A stretch of DNA of 64,000 nt from a virus. The notes under the pieces were generated by a model. The model saw only the letters and a program-made list of their open reading frames with translations. It did no database searches and had not been told where the DNA came from. The stretch lies in IMG/VR virus record IMGVR_UViG_3300027896_005002, positions 123,488 to 187,487 of that record; one strand, given 5' to 3'. The position numbers were made by a program, and so were the translations under genes. Position 1 is the first letter of the stretch; every line of letters begins with the position of its first letter. Of the stretch, positions 17,980 to 25,828 are shown piece by piece.

Positions 17980-18079
17980 TTTGATTCCTTTAGATAGATA
18001 TGTGTTTCTCCCTCCGGAACTTGATTTATTTTATGCGTCAACCAACAATTAATTTACGTCGAAGATTTTTATTTTTTCT

Positions 18080-18098
18080 ACGCGCCTAAAAGTGGCAG
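18080..18098 (+). promoter_or_regulatory. copy of conserved motif (CGCGCCTAAAAGTGGCAGT)
   Basis: Intergenic, about 100 nt upstream of the RNA ligase gene. Confidence 0.3.
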
Positions 18099-18193
18099 TT
18101 TGAACTCGAAAGTATTTCTCCCCCTATATAATATAAGGGACTCATCTTCAATTTCTTGAGAAGACAAGTCCCTTAATAAATAGGAGGAGGAAA

Positions 18194-18397
18194 TTATTTA
18201 AAAATATCTGTAGTGTCTATAACATGAACTCCCGTAGAATCAAATTGAAATTGAGGTTTAGGTGTCACTGGTTTTGGAAGTGGCACAAGAAGTATCTGAA
18301 TTTTGTCGAGATTTCTTTCAATTTTTTTCACAGAAACACTAATATTCAAAAGAGTAACTGTAATAATACAAAGTAAAATGACGATAATAACTTTCAT
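18194..18397 (-). CDS. small secreted/membrane protein
   Basis: 67 aa with an N-terminal hydrophobic segment. Confidence 0.3.
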   Translation of the reverse strand: MKVIIVILLCIITVTLLNISVSVKKIERNLDKIQILLVPLPKPVTPKPQFQFDSTGVHVIDTTDIFK

Positions 18398-18445
18398 ATA
18401 ATCCCTTTGGTTAAATCAGTTTCATAACGGAAATGAAAGGCAATT

Positions 18446-18640
18446 TCACGTGCATCTTTTGGAGACAAGCCTTTTGCTAATACCCACCCAAAAGCCAGAG
18501 AATACCAAATCTTGCTCTCGTGGTACTTCAATCGCAGTAGCTTTATCGGATACTTCTTGCTTAAAAGTTGTCTTTAAATCTTTGAGAAGAATTGTTCCGC
18601 TAGGAATAGTATATTTTGAATGAGCACCGGCGAACTTCAT
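18446..18640 (-). CDS. hypothetical protein
   Basis: 64 aa, immediately downstream of the GAT-II gene. Confidence 0.25.
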   Translation of the reverse strand: MKFAGAHSKYTIPSGTILLKDLKTTFKQEVSDKATAIEVPREQDLVFSGFWVGISKRLVSKRCT

Positions 18641-19600
18641 TTAATTATTTCCCTTTTTGTAAGTGATCTGTTTTGTGCCATTACTTCCGATTCGGACTAT
18701 TTTCGGTGAATTAGGATCCTTAGGATTTGATCCACATCCTCGAACTATCGTCGGCTTTGACTCTCTTGAAAAAGATGTAATGCCTATCGGCCGATTTGCT
18801 TGTGTCACTTTCCGATAATTATGATCGTATTGACTTGAGGATAAGGGAGAATCATCGCTTTCATCGGAGGTATAAGTTATTGTCGCAGCTTTTTTCTTCT
18901 TCTCCTCTATAACTCCCTTCCTCGAGAACTTATTTTTCACCACATCAAATTCCAGAAGTTCCCTTTCATAAAGGGTCGCAAAACTGATATTCGGGAATAT
19001 TCCCATTTCATTTTTCACTCCCAACGTCTTCAACATGATTTTCTTTGTGGAAGCAAAAAATATTATCCCATGATACATTGCCATACATAACGGTTTCCCA
19101 CCATCGGTATAAAAATACATTTTCTTCTGGGATTTCGAATACATCACCAAAGCTGCTGACCCTTCAATTGATGCTATTGCATTTTTGAGTGACGTTCTTT
19201 CCGTATAAGCGAGAATCGATTCTGAGTCGACATCACTTGTATATGGGTAATTTGCCAACTTATCTAAATGGACCGTTCCATTATGCACCAACACCCAATT
19301 TTTTGATTCAAATGGATGTGCATTTCGATTTTCTTTGATTGTTGCAAGACTAGATGAAGCATATCGGCAATGGCCGATTACAAATCGTTCATTGCCAATT
19401 GTCGGACTGACGAAATGTTCATTGACAAAATCTTTGGCACAAATGGAAGCTTTTATAATTCCAGTTCCGAGGGAATAATATCCGGTAGCATGCTCTCCGC
19501 GTTCTTGGGTATTTATCAAACCCTTAACAAAAAGGGAGTTCAAATCAAGATCAGTTGTCGTTTCTTTTGTTGGTTTAATCCATCCAAATATTCCACACAT
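18641..19600 (-). CDS. class-II (Ntn) glutamine amidotransferase domain protein
   Basis: Begins MCGIFGWI, with the catalytic Cys2 right after the initiator Met. NGTVHL and ..DSE.. segments are consistent with GAT-II. Long Ser-rich C-terminal tail. Confidence 0.55.
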   Translation of the reverse strand: MCGIFGWIKPTKETTTDLDLNSLFVKGLINTQERGEHATGYYSLGTGIIKASICAKDFVNEHFVSPTIGNERFVIGHCRYASSSLATIKENRNAHPFESKNWVLVHNGTVHLDKLANYPYTSDVDSESILAYTERTSLKNAIASIEGSAALVMYSKSQKKMYFYTDGGKPLCMAMYHGIIFFASTKKIMLKTLGVKNEMGIFPNISFATLYERELLEFDVVKNKFSRKGVIEEKKKKAATITYTSDESDDSPLSSSQYDHNYRKVTQANRPIGITSFSRESKPTIVRGCGSNPKDPNSPKIVRIGSNGTKQITYKKGNN

Positions 19601-19637
19601 CGTTTTTGTCTCCTTGTTAATATAATCAACAGTTTTT

Positions 19638-19775
19638 TCAATGACCGTTTCGTCTTTTTTGAAAATCTTCGACCCTTTGACTAACTCTACGAACTGACGC
19701 TTTTTGTTCGTCGCTTAAATGTTCGTAGCTACGACCGTAATGTTTCCTTGCTAATTCCTCATATTTTTCATTCAT
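19638..19775 (-). CDS. hypothetical small protein
   Basis: Start set at MNEKYEEL, which has a GAGGAAAA SD. Under the ORF-track cutoff. Confidence 0.25.
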   Translation of the reverse strand: MNEKYEELARKHYGRSYEHLSDEQKASVRRVSQRVEDFQKRRNGH

Positions 19776-20064
19776 GATTTTCCTCACAATCTTCGCAGTT
19801 TTTTTCCGAATGTGGACATTCTTCTTTTCCGCAAACATTTGATTCTTCTTCATCATTTATTTGCAGTTTGAGTTTTTCCACTACATCAAAAAGATTCGGT
19901 CCCATTGAAACAAATTCATTAGTAACTTGTTTGCCGTAAGCTTTCCATTGTTCATAAAGATGTGGATCAAGTCTGCGAAGAGCACTGCTAAGATCATTCA
20001 TTGCTGACTCAATGGTGTTTGCCAAAGACTGAATTTCATCAAAATCTTCTTGAATAAGACTCAT
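19768..20064 (-). CDS. acidic Cys-rich hypothetical protein
   Basis: 98 aa with a C-terminal CGKEECPHSEKNCEDCEE. Confidence 0.35.
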   Translation of the reverse strand: MSLIQEDFDEIQSLANTIESAMNDLSSALRRLDPHLYEQWKAYGKQVTNEFVSMGPNLFDVVEKLKLQINDEEESNVCGKEECPHSEKNCEDCEENHE

Positions 20065-20075
20065 AAATTTATCTC

Positions 20076-20450
20076 CTAAGCCGCATCAATGATTTGTAGA
20101 TTTTTTGCGAATTGTTCTCGTTCAATCCTCCAACGTTCGTTTGCCGCAGTTACCTTAGTCTCATATTCTGATTTCAATTGGTTCAGACAATTATCATGAT
20201 TTATGTCTGGATTGCCGATCCTCTCGTTTTGTTTGAGAGCAAAATAAACGGCATCGGCGTAAGCGGAATAACCAGGAGCTCCAGCATTTGATCGGGAAAG
20301 TTTACTAACTCTTTCCTTGACAATAACAATCCTGGCTTTCGGATATTTAACTCTTTCAGCCTTAATTTCTGCAAGAACGCTGTCTTTATCATAAGTCTTA
20401 TAAAGTCCTGTAAAATGTAATCCTTGACTTAAGGCTTCTTCATTTTTCAT
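20076..20450 (-). CDS. hypothetical protein
   Basis: 124 aa. An AGGAGG SD and the bipartite promoter lie immediately upstream. Confidence 0.4.
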   Translation of the reverse strand: MKNEEALSQGLHFTGLYKTYDKDSVLAEIKAERVKYPKARIVIVKERVSKLSRSNAGAPGYSAYADAVYFALKQNERIGNPDINHDNCLNQLKSEYETKVTAANERWRIEREQFAKNLQIIDAA

Positions 20451-20460
20451 ATTTTCCTCC

Positions 20461-20600
20461 TATTTATATAATCATGAATTCTCGTTATTGCGCGTCCAAA
20501 TGTGGCTGTCTCAACCTATCCACAAACCTAACCATTTTTCACGTAGATTACTACCACATTTTGACCCGCGTTCACGGAATATGATGATTATATTAATAGG
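20461..20600. promoter_or_regulatory. divergent promoter region with the bipartite motif in both orientations
   Basis: On the minus-strand side: GCGCGTCCAAATGTGGCTGT plus TGATTATATAAATAGGAGG. On the plus-strand side: CTACCACATTTTGACCCGCG plus TGATTATATTAATAGG, then AAAAGGAGG and the ATG at 20614. Confidence 0.5.
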
Positions 20601-20613
20601 AAAAGGAGGATTT

Positions 20614-20841
20614 ATGATTTATATGGGTGATGATTATAGCCGCAAAGATGATTGGTCAACGGTCCCTGAAAAAGTCCTGGAAGAATCCAAAAAATTGACC
20701 AATGAAAACACCGATAAAGAAGCTCTTACGGTCAATGATGACATTATGATCACCAATGGCGAAGCTCTGGAAGAAGCCGCAAACGAGGAAATGATGATGT
20801 CAATGTACGAAAACGGAAATCTACAACCCGAGGATTTATAA
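20614..20841 (+). CDS. acidic hypothetical protein
   Basis: Start set at the ATG with an AGGAGG box 4 nt upstream. 75 aa, rich in Glu/Asp. Confidence 0.4.
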   Translation: MIYMGDDYSRKDDWSTVPEKVLEESKKLTNENTDKEALTVNDDIMITNGEALEEAANEEMMMSMYENGNLQPEDL

Positions 20842-20844
20842 TTC

Positions 20845-21042
20845 ATGGAAACCATCGTTATCGATCTTATCAACTTCATTGAAAAATATTTCGGTGGTCG
20901 AGTTACTGATTGCGGCGGCGAATTCGTTGACAAAGAATGTGAATTTAGCTGTAAACAATATCATCAATGCAAACGAAATTATAACATGGCGGACGAACTT
21001 GAAGCTCTCAAAAAACGTGCACTTAAAAGGAGGAATATATGA
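20845..21042 (+). CDS. hypothetical Cys-rich protein
   Basis: 65 aa. Confidence 0.3.
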   Translation: METIVIDLINFIEKYFGGRVTDCGGEFVDKECEFSCKQYHQCKRNYNMADELEALKKRALKRRNI

Positions 21043-21374
21043 TCGGTAACAGCCCATTCGGTCAAATGGAAAAAGAAGCAGATCTTGACACAGCCCGGAG
21101 AATCATGGAAATTGCCGGAGCTGCCACAAACGAAGAAGCTGTGGCAAATGCCGGCGGCGAATTAACATTCTACCAACTTCAATACAAACTCGAGAAAGAA
21201 GGCCGAATTTCCATACGACCGATAATACCTACAGAAATATGTATCATTGATTCACTTGACCTCCTTCTCGAAGAAAGAGATGTCAAACTTGCTCTAAAAA
21301 TCCTCCATGAAGTTCGTGAAACTTTCTCTCGATACGATGAATACATGGAACTTGTCGGAGTCCTCGTCAAATGA
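21039..21374 (+). CDS. hypothetical protein
   Basis: 111 aa. AAAAGGAGG SD. ATGA overlap with the upstream ORF. Confidence 0.4.
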   Translation: MIGNSPFGQMEKEADLDTARRIMEIAGAATNEEAVANAGGELTFYQLQYKLEKEGRISIRPIIPTEICIIDSLDLLLEERDVKLALKILHEVRETFSRYDEYMELVGVLVK

Positions 21375-21904
21375 AGTTCAAAGACATCAAACAATTCCCT
21401 CAAATCTACTACAATGTCAACCTCTCATGGTCATCTCTTGACGACTGGCTTGCTCGTCAAATGAATATCGGTGAATACAAAAGTCAGAGAGAAGGCCTCT
21501 CCTCTCTCAACATCAATCCTGACTTTCAACGCGGCCACGTCTGGACTAAAGACCAACAAATCGCCTACGTCGAATTCATGCTTTGCGGCGGCACTTCCGG
21601 TCGCAATATCTACTTCAACCATCCAGGATGGATGTCATCCTTCAAAGGTGAATTCGTCCTTGTTGACGGTCTCCAACGCATTACTGCAGTCCAAGCTTTC
21701 ATGCACAATAAAATCCCAGCCTTCGGCTCTCTTATTGAAGACTACGAAGATAAAATGCCATACAATGTTGATTTCATAGTTAATGTGGCCAAACTCCAAA
21801 CACGAAAAGATGTCCTCAACTGGTACATACTCATGAACTCTGGCGGCACACCTCACACTCAAGAAGAAATTGACCGAGTCAAAACTCTCAAGGACCAACT
21901 ATGA
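21371..21904 (+). CDS. DUF262-type ParB/sulfiredoxin-fold nuclease domain protein
   Basis: FQRGHVW and VDGLQRITA match the DUF262 / DGQQR motif. Confidence 0.5.
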   Translation: MKFKDIKQFPQIYYNVNLSWSSLDDWLARQMNIGEYKSQREGLSSLNINPDFQRGHVWTKDQQIAYVEFMLCGGTSGRNIYFNHPGWMSSFKGEFVLVDGLQRITAVQAFMHNKIPAFGSLIEDYEDKMPYNVDFIVNVAKLQTRKDVLNWYILMNSGGTPHTQEEIDRVKTLKDQL

Positions 21905-22323
21905 AAATTATCAACATTGTCATCATTGATGATGACCCCAACATCCGCGATATGGTCAAACTCAACATCGGCAATGAAAACTTCAATCGAATAGCTGTCG
22001 CTTCTCACAGAAGTGACATCATTACTTATCTTTCTACTGCAGACTTCTACATCATCAACGCTCAACAACCAGACTACGACCTCTCTCTTTGGGAAACTCT
22101 TCACCTTCTCTCGAAAAAACTTGACGTCCCATTCAACAAATTACCTGTCGTCATCATGACTGACGGCTACTCCCTACCATTTGATCCACAACTACCCAGT
22201 TTTGAAAAACCATTTGACTTTCAACAATTAATCGTGGCCATCGTCAAACAACGACTTGATTATATAGAATACAAACTATTACCTCTTGCTATACACGGAA
22301 TAGGAAAATGGAGTATTAACTAA
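21901..22323 (+). CDS. CheY-like receiver (REC) domain protein, standalone, possibly atypical
   Basis: IVIIDDDPNIRDMVK acidic pocket, a conserved T (VVIMTDG) and K (EKPFD). The expected phospho-Asp position reads IINAQ, so it may be a pseudo-receiver. Confidence 0.5.
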   Translation: MKIINIVIIDDDPNIRDMVKLNIGNENFNRIAVASHRSDIITYLSTADFYIINAQQPDYDLSLWETLHLLSKKLDVPFNKLPVVIMTDGYSLPFDPQLPSFEKPFDFQQLIVAIVKQRLDYIEYKLLPLAIHGIGKWSIN

Positions 22324-22517
22324 TGATGACAAAAATATACAAAATCACAGGCTCTTCTGAAAAACGATCAACAACTGTCTACAGAAACAAACACGACATT
22401 CCTCGTACAATAGCATTATTAGAAAAATGTGGCTATCAAAACATCAATATTGAAGACATCATACTCAATCAAACACACGTCCATTACATTTTCCCAAACC
22501 TTAAAAAACTCAATTAA
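22323..22517 (+). CDS. hypothetical protein
   Basis: 64 aa. Confidence 0.25.
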   Translation: MMTKIYKITGSSEKRSTTVYRNKHDIPRTIALLEKCGYQNINIEDIILNQTHVHYIFPNLKKLN

Positions 22518-22518
22518 G

Positions 22519-22938
22519 ATGAACCACCAATTTACTATACAAAACACTGATTTCCCAAGGCCAAGAATATGCTCGTCTTTTTGGCGCCAACTCGTAACAT
22601 ATCTTTCCCTACATCCGGAAAAAGAAATATCAATACCATCTTTCGCTTACCGCTCAATCGAATACGCGTCTGAAAAGACAGGAATCAAAATCAGCAGGAA
22701 GCTCGACACAAGAAATAATCACTATAATGTCAAATTAAGTGCAGAACATTACTACATCAAATTGAGCGCGGAATACTGTCACGCCAAATACGGTTGTCTA
22801 AAAAAGAACGGAATGAATTGTAAGAAATGTGAACATTACAAATATTACAAATATAAATTAAAACATCCCGGATATTTTAGTAAGAAAGCTCGTGCCGCAA
22901 GGAAATTGAAACGTCTCAGCAGAAAGGACTCTTTATGA
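22519..22938 (+). CDS. hypothetical protein sharing a conserved module with the GGCT protein
   Basis: Contains FAYRSIEYASEKTGIKISR, identical over 16 aa to the C-terminus of the 10651..11421 product. The start is set at the ATG just after the upstream stop. Confidence 0.35.
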   Translation: MNHQFTIQNTDFPRPRICSSFWRQLVTYLSLHPEKEISIPSFAYRSIEYASEKTGIKISRKLDTRNNHYNVKLSAEHYYIKLSAEYCHAKYGCLKKNGMNCKKCEHYKYYKYKLKHPGYFSKKARAARKLKRLSRKDSL

Positions 22939-23285
22939 ACTGCCAACAACTCTTACAACAAGTCGACTCACTCGGCAAAAAAGCCAAAACTCACTACCAA
23001 TCACTACGTCAAACACAAAACGTCAAAAACTCTGCCATACAAACTATCAATCTCTTTCAACAACCAACACGCCTCATCGTCTCTCCCCAAATCCTTAACC
23101 TCATTCGTCAACGTTCTGACGGAATCACACTCATCAAACTACCCAAAACATCTAAATACGATCACATCTCAAAAATTCAATTCCACAAAAACTACCACTC
23201 ACTCAATTCATCCCAAAAAAGACAAATCCGTCAACTTTATAAAGAATCTGAACGTGAATGGAAAGCCGAAAGCGAAGTATCATGA
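22935..23285 (+). CDS. hypothetical protein
   Basis: 116 aa. Confidence 0.3.
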   Translation: MNCQQLLQQVDSLGKKAKTHYQSLRQTQNVKNSAIQTINLFQQPTRLIVSPQILNLIRQRSDGITLIKLPKTSKYDHISKIQFHKNYHSLNSSQKRQIRQLYKESEREWKAESEVS

Positions 23286-23527
23286 AATGCAATCGTTGCG
23301 GCGGTTGCTGTCTTGCCAGCCCTTGCTTTGAAATTCCTTTTGACAAAGAAATATTCATTGAAATCAATGGTCTCAAAATTCATAAATGTCCTCACCTATC
23401 TTTCAACAACAACATCGCTACTTGCAATGTCTTCAAATCAGGCAATATCCACAAAAACTCTAATTGCACTTCTAACCACCCTCCAGAATTCTATAAAAAA
23501 TATCTAAACTCCAAAAACCTCATATAA
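23282..23527 (+). CDS. Cys-rich small protein
   Basis: MKCNRCGGCCLASPCFE... Confidence 0.3.
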   Translation: MKCNRCGGCCLASPCFEIPFDKEIFIEINGLKIHKCPHLSFNNNIATCNVFKSGNIHKNSNCTSNHPPEFYKKYLNSKNLI

Positions 23528-23534
23528 TTTTTTT

Positions 23535-23555
23535 CTCGCCTCAAAATGTGGCAGT
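23535..23555 (+). promoter_or_regulatory. copy of conserved motif (CTCGCCTCAAAATGTGGCAGT)
   Basis: Sits at the left edge of a 770-bp non-coding stretch. Confidence 0.3.
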
Positions 23556-24128
23556 TATCTCATTATCATAGATTTCTTCTTTTCATCAATCATCACACTA
23601 CCGTTATATACGTCACATATTACTACTTGTAAACAACCTCAATAATCTTCTATCATCACTTCCCATCACTCTATTACACAATAATCATTATCAGTCGTCA
23701 TATCGCGTATGAAGGCTGCTGACATTCATCATCTCTCTTCAGTGTTTCCTCTGGTATATAGCTATTTTCCCAAATGGCCTTTACTTTCTTCAATTTCGTC
23801 TCTATCTCTCAATCGACGGAGATAAATTAACATTATTCTCTGTAAACTTACTTAAAAAGCATTCAAAACATCATCATCAACTTACGTGAAATATCCTCTA
23901 AAATACTAAGGCCCTCTCTTCTCAACAAATATTACCCTCTGTAAACATACAGATTATATTTCATATACCTTAAATCAGTGGGCGATAGAATAGATTTTAG
24001 TAAGTTAAAATATACCATACGCGCGCGCAATATCAATTAATTATAGAGAGAAGGGTTTGACGCTTTTTATCTTGTAAATACACGTAATTGCACTAGCTAC
24101 GTTGCCATAAGTAAATTTACAAGAGATA

Positions 24129-24205
24129 CCTACCCGGAGCAGATGCCGCGTTGCGTCGGGTGCCGGAGAAGTCTTGCGAGAGCCTATCGCGTTGGCCCCT
24201 ACCAC
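24129..24205 (-). ncRNA. candidate structured small RNA (GC-rich island in an AT-rich non-coding region)
   Basis: No ORF. About 80 nt of roughly 65% GC (CCCGGAGCAGATGCCGCGTTGCGTCGGGTGCCGGAGAAGTCTTGCGAGAGCCTATCGCGTTGGCCCC). On the minus strand it lies about 60 nt downstream of the 35-bp motif copy at 24281. The strand assignment is tentative. Confidence 0.2.
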
Positions 24206-24280
24206 AACAAACCACAATAAATGAATGGTATAGATAAAGGGTCAGTAGAAGGTCTATATATGTAGGTATGTCACTAAGAG

Positions 24281-24315
24281 AATCGTGAGGCTTGTGACAG
24301 TATCTATATTTTTAG
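24281..24315. repeat. 35-bp motif AATCGTGAGGCTTGTGACAGTATCTATATTTTTAG (copy 1 of 2)
   Basis: Near-identical copy at 28808..28842. Overlaps the last codons of the radical-SAM gene. Confidence 0.5.
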
Positions 24316-25224
24316 ATACTTTTCTTTACTAGACAAGACTTTACATTCACAAAGTTCTGGATAGGGACAAATTTGTGGTTGTTTTAATAAATTTCCTAAA
24401 TCAAAATCTTTTACAATGAACTTACCTGTTCTAATTTGATTCCAGCATGTTACAATTTTATGTTTGCCGAAATCTTTATTATTATCACATGAAACAATAA
24501 AAAAATTACATCCAGCATTACAATTTTCACCTTTACGAATTTTTGGAATATCTTCTTCAATGGGAAATTTAGTTTTTATAAAATCCGGGCATAAATTGAA
24601 AAGATTGTTATATTTTAATAAGTAGTCATTTTGATATGATCCGTCGGCGTTAATTACAGTCTTACACATACGTCCTTTTATACATCGTGGTATTATAAAA
24701 ATGTCATGTTTAGAAAGAATATCAAATACTTCGTGATAAACATCTAAATTTGTTCGACCTATTATTAATGTTTGGCCATTTAATAAAATGGGTGTGATAA
24801 TTTGAGTAACATTAATATTGACATTTCTAGATTTAAATTGCTTTATATTATTAATAAATTTATCTAAAAATTTTGATAATTCTTCATGAGTATTAATGTT
24901 CCGACATTCAAGATGTAATGACACATAAAGATTGCCATTTTTAATTTCATCATAATTATAACTTTGTTCACTGAGTTTAGTATTAATTATATAGTTATAA
25001 CCACATTGTTGAATATATTCAATTATTTTATAAATGTTAACGTTATCAAAGGGTTCTCCGCCTGAGATTATAATAAGACTTGATTGAGGTAAATTTTTAA
25101 AAAATTTCATATTTTTGATATCAATATCACTGTATTGAAATTGATGTACATTGTCATTTACACAGTAATAGCATCTTGGTTGACAATTATTTCCCATTAT
25201 ATTTAGTTCAACTACAATATTCAT
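24304..25224 (-). CDS. radical SAM enzyme with C-terminal SPASM/twitch-like Cys-rich domain
   Basis: CQPRCYYC (CxxxCxxC), a GGEPF SAM-binding motif, and at least 7 further Cys in the C-terminal third (CNAGCNF...CPYPELCEC). The start is set at MNIVV, which overlaps the upstream stop as TAGTATG. Confidence 0.55.
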   Translation of the reverse strand: MNIVVELNIMGNNCQPRCYYCVNDNVHQFQYSDIDIKNMKFFKNLPQSSLIIISGGEPFDNVNIYKIIEYIQQCGYNYIINTKLSEQSYNYDEIKNGNLYVSLHLECRNINTHEELSKFLDKFINNIKQFKSRNVNINVTQIITPILLNGQTLIIGRTNLDVYHEVFDILSKHDIFIIPRCIKGRMCKTVINADGSYQNDYLLKYNNLFNLCPDFIKTKFPIEEDIPKIRKGENCNAGCNFFIVSCDNNKDFGKHKIVTCWNQIRTGKFIVKDFDLGNLLKQPQICPYPELCECKVLSSKEKYLKI

Positions 25225-25225
25225 A

Positions 25226-25828
25226 CTATCTTTTATAGAGGATGATTGTTCCAAGTATTGATTTGCTTTTATTGCCAGTGCCGTTATACATATAGATATT
25301 GTTGTTTGTTTGCCAATTATTTTCATGAATGTATCTGCAGAATCGTTCATTTGAGTTTATTGTTTTTTGTATTTCATCGTGTCGGCAGCATTGATGTCTG
25401 TTTTTTAAGATGATGTTGATAGCGATCATTACTTCGTTTATTTGTCTGCGATTGAGAATTTTTAGTATTTCTGTTGTGAGGTTAATTGCTTTTTCTGGCA
25501 TGTATAATGTGTCCAGGTTGACAATGCCGGGATTGAATGGTCTTTTAAAGATGTATTGTATGTGACCGCAAAACCAATTGCAGTTAGGTAATTTGTTTTT
25601 GTTAATGTTAATAGTTGTTGAATCGTAGTCAATGCCGAAATATTGTTTTTGAGTAATGAGGCCTGATTTGAAAAGTTGGTCAGTTTCGCAGTTTTCACCG
25701 ATTTGTGGAGAGCATAGAGAAATGAATGATTTGTTTTTGGGCATTGTGTGGTAGAATAGTTCTCGATAAGTGTTTATGATGATTTCTCGAGATTTAGTTT
25801 TTTTGGTGTCGTTAGAATATAATTTCAT
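25226..25828 (-). CDS. hypothetical protein
   Basis: 200 aa, coupled between the helicase and radical-SAM genes. Confidence 0.4.
   Translation of the reverse strand: MKLYSNDTKKTKSREIIINTYRELFYHTMPKNKSFISLCSPQIGENCETDQLFKSGLITQKQYFGIDYDSTTININKNKLPNCNWFCGHIQYIFKRPFNPGIVNLDTLYMPEKAINLTTEILKILNRRQINEVMIAINIILKNRHQCCRHDEIQKTINSNERFCRYIHENNWQTNNNIYMYNGTGNKSKSILGTIILYKR

Noticed and set aside
18137-18176. Hairpin AAGGGACT...AGTCCCTT downstream of 18194..18397 as a terminator
   Set aside because: The stem is imperfect and there is no U-tract on either strand. Noted but not called.
25226-25350. Long N-terminal extension of the radical-SAM ORF
   Set aside because: The extension overlaps the upstream gene by 125 nt. 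The internal Met gives a TAGTATG junction typical of coupled phage genes.
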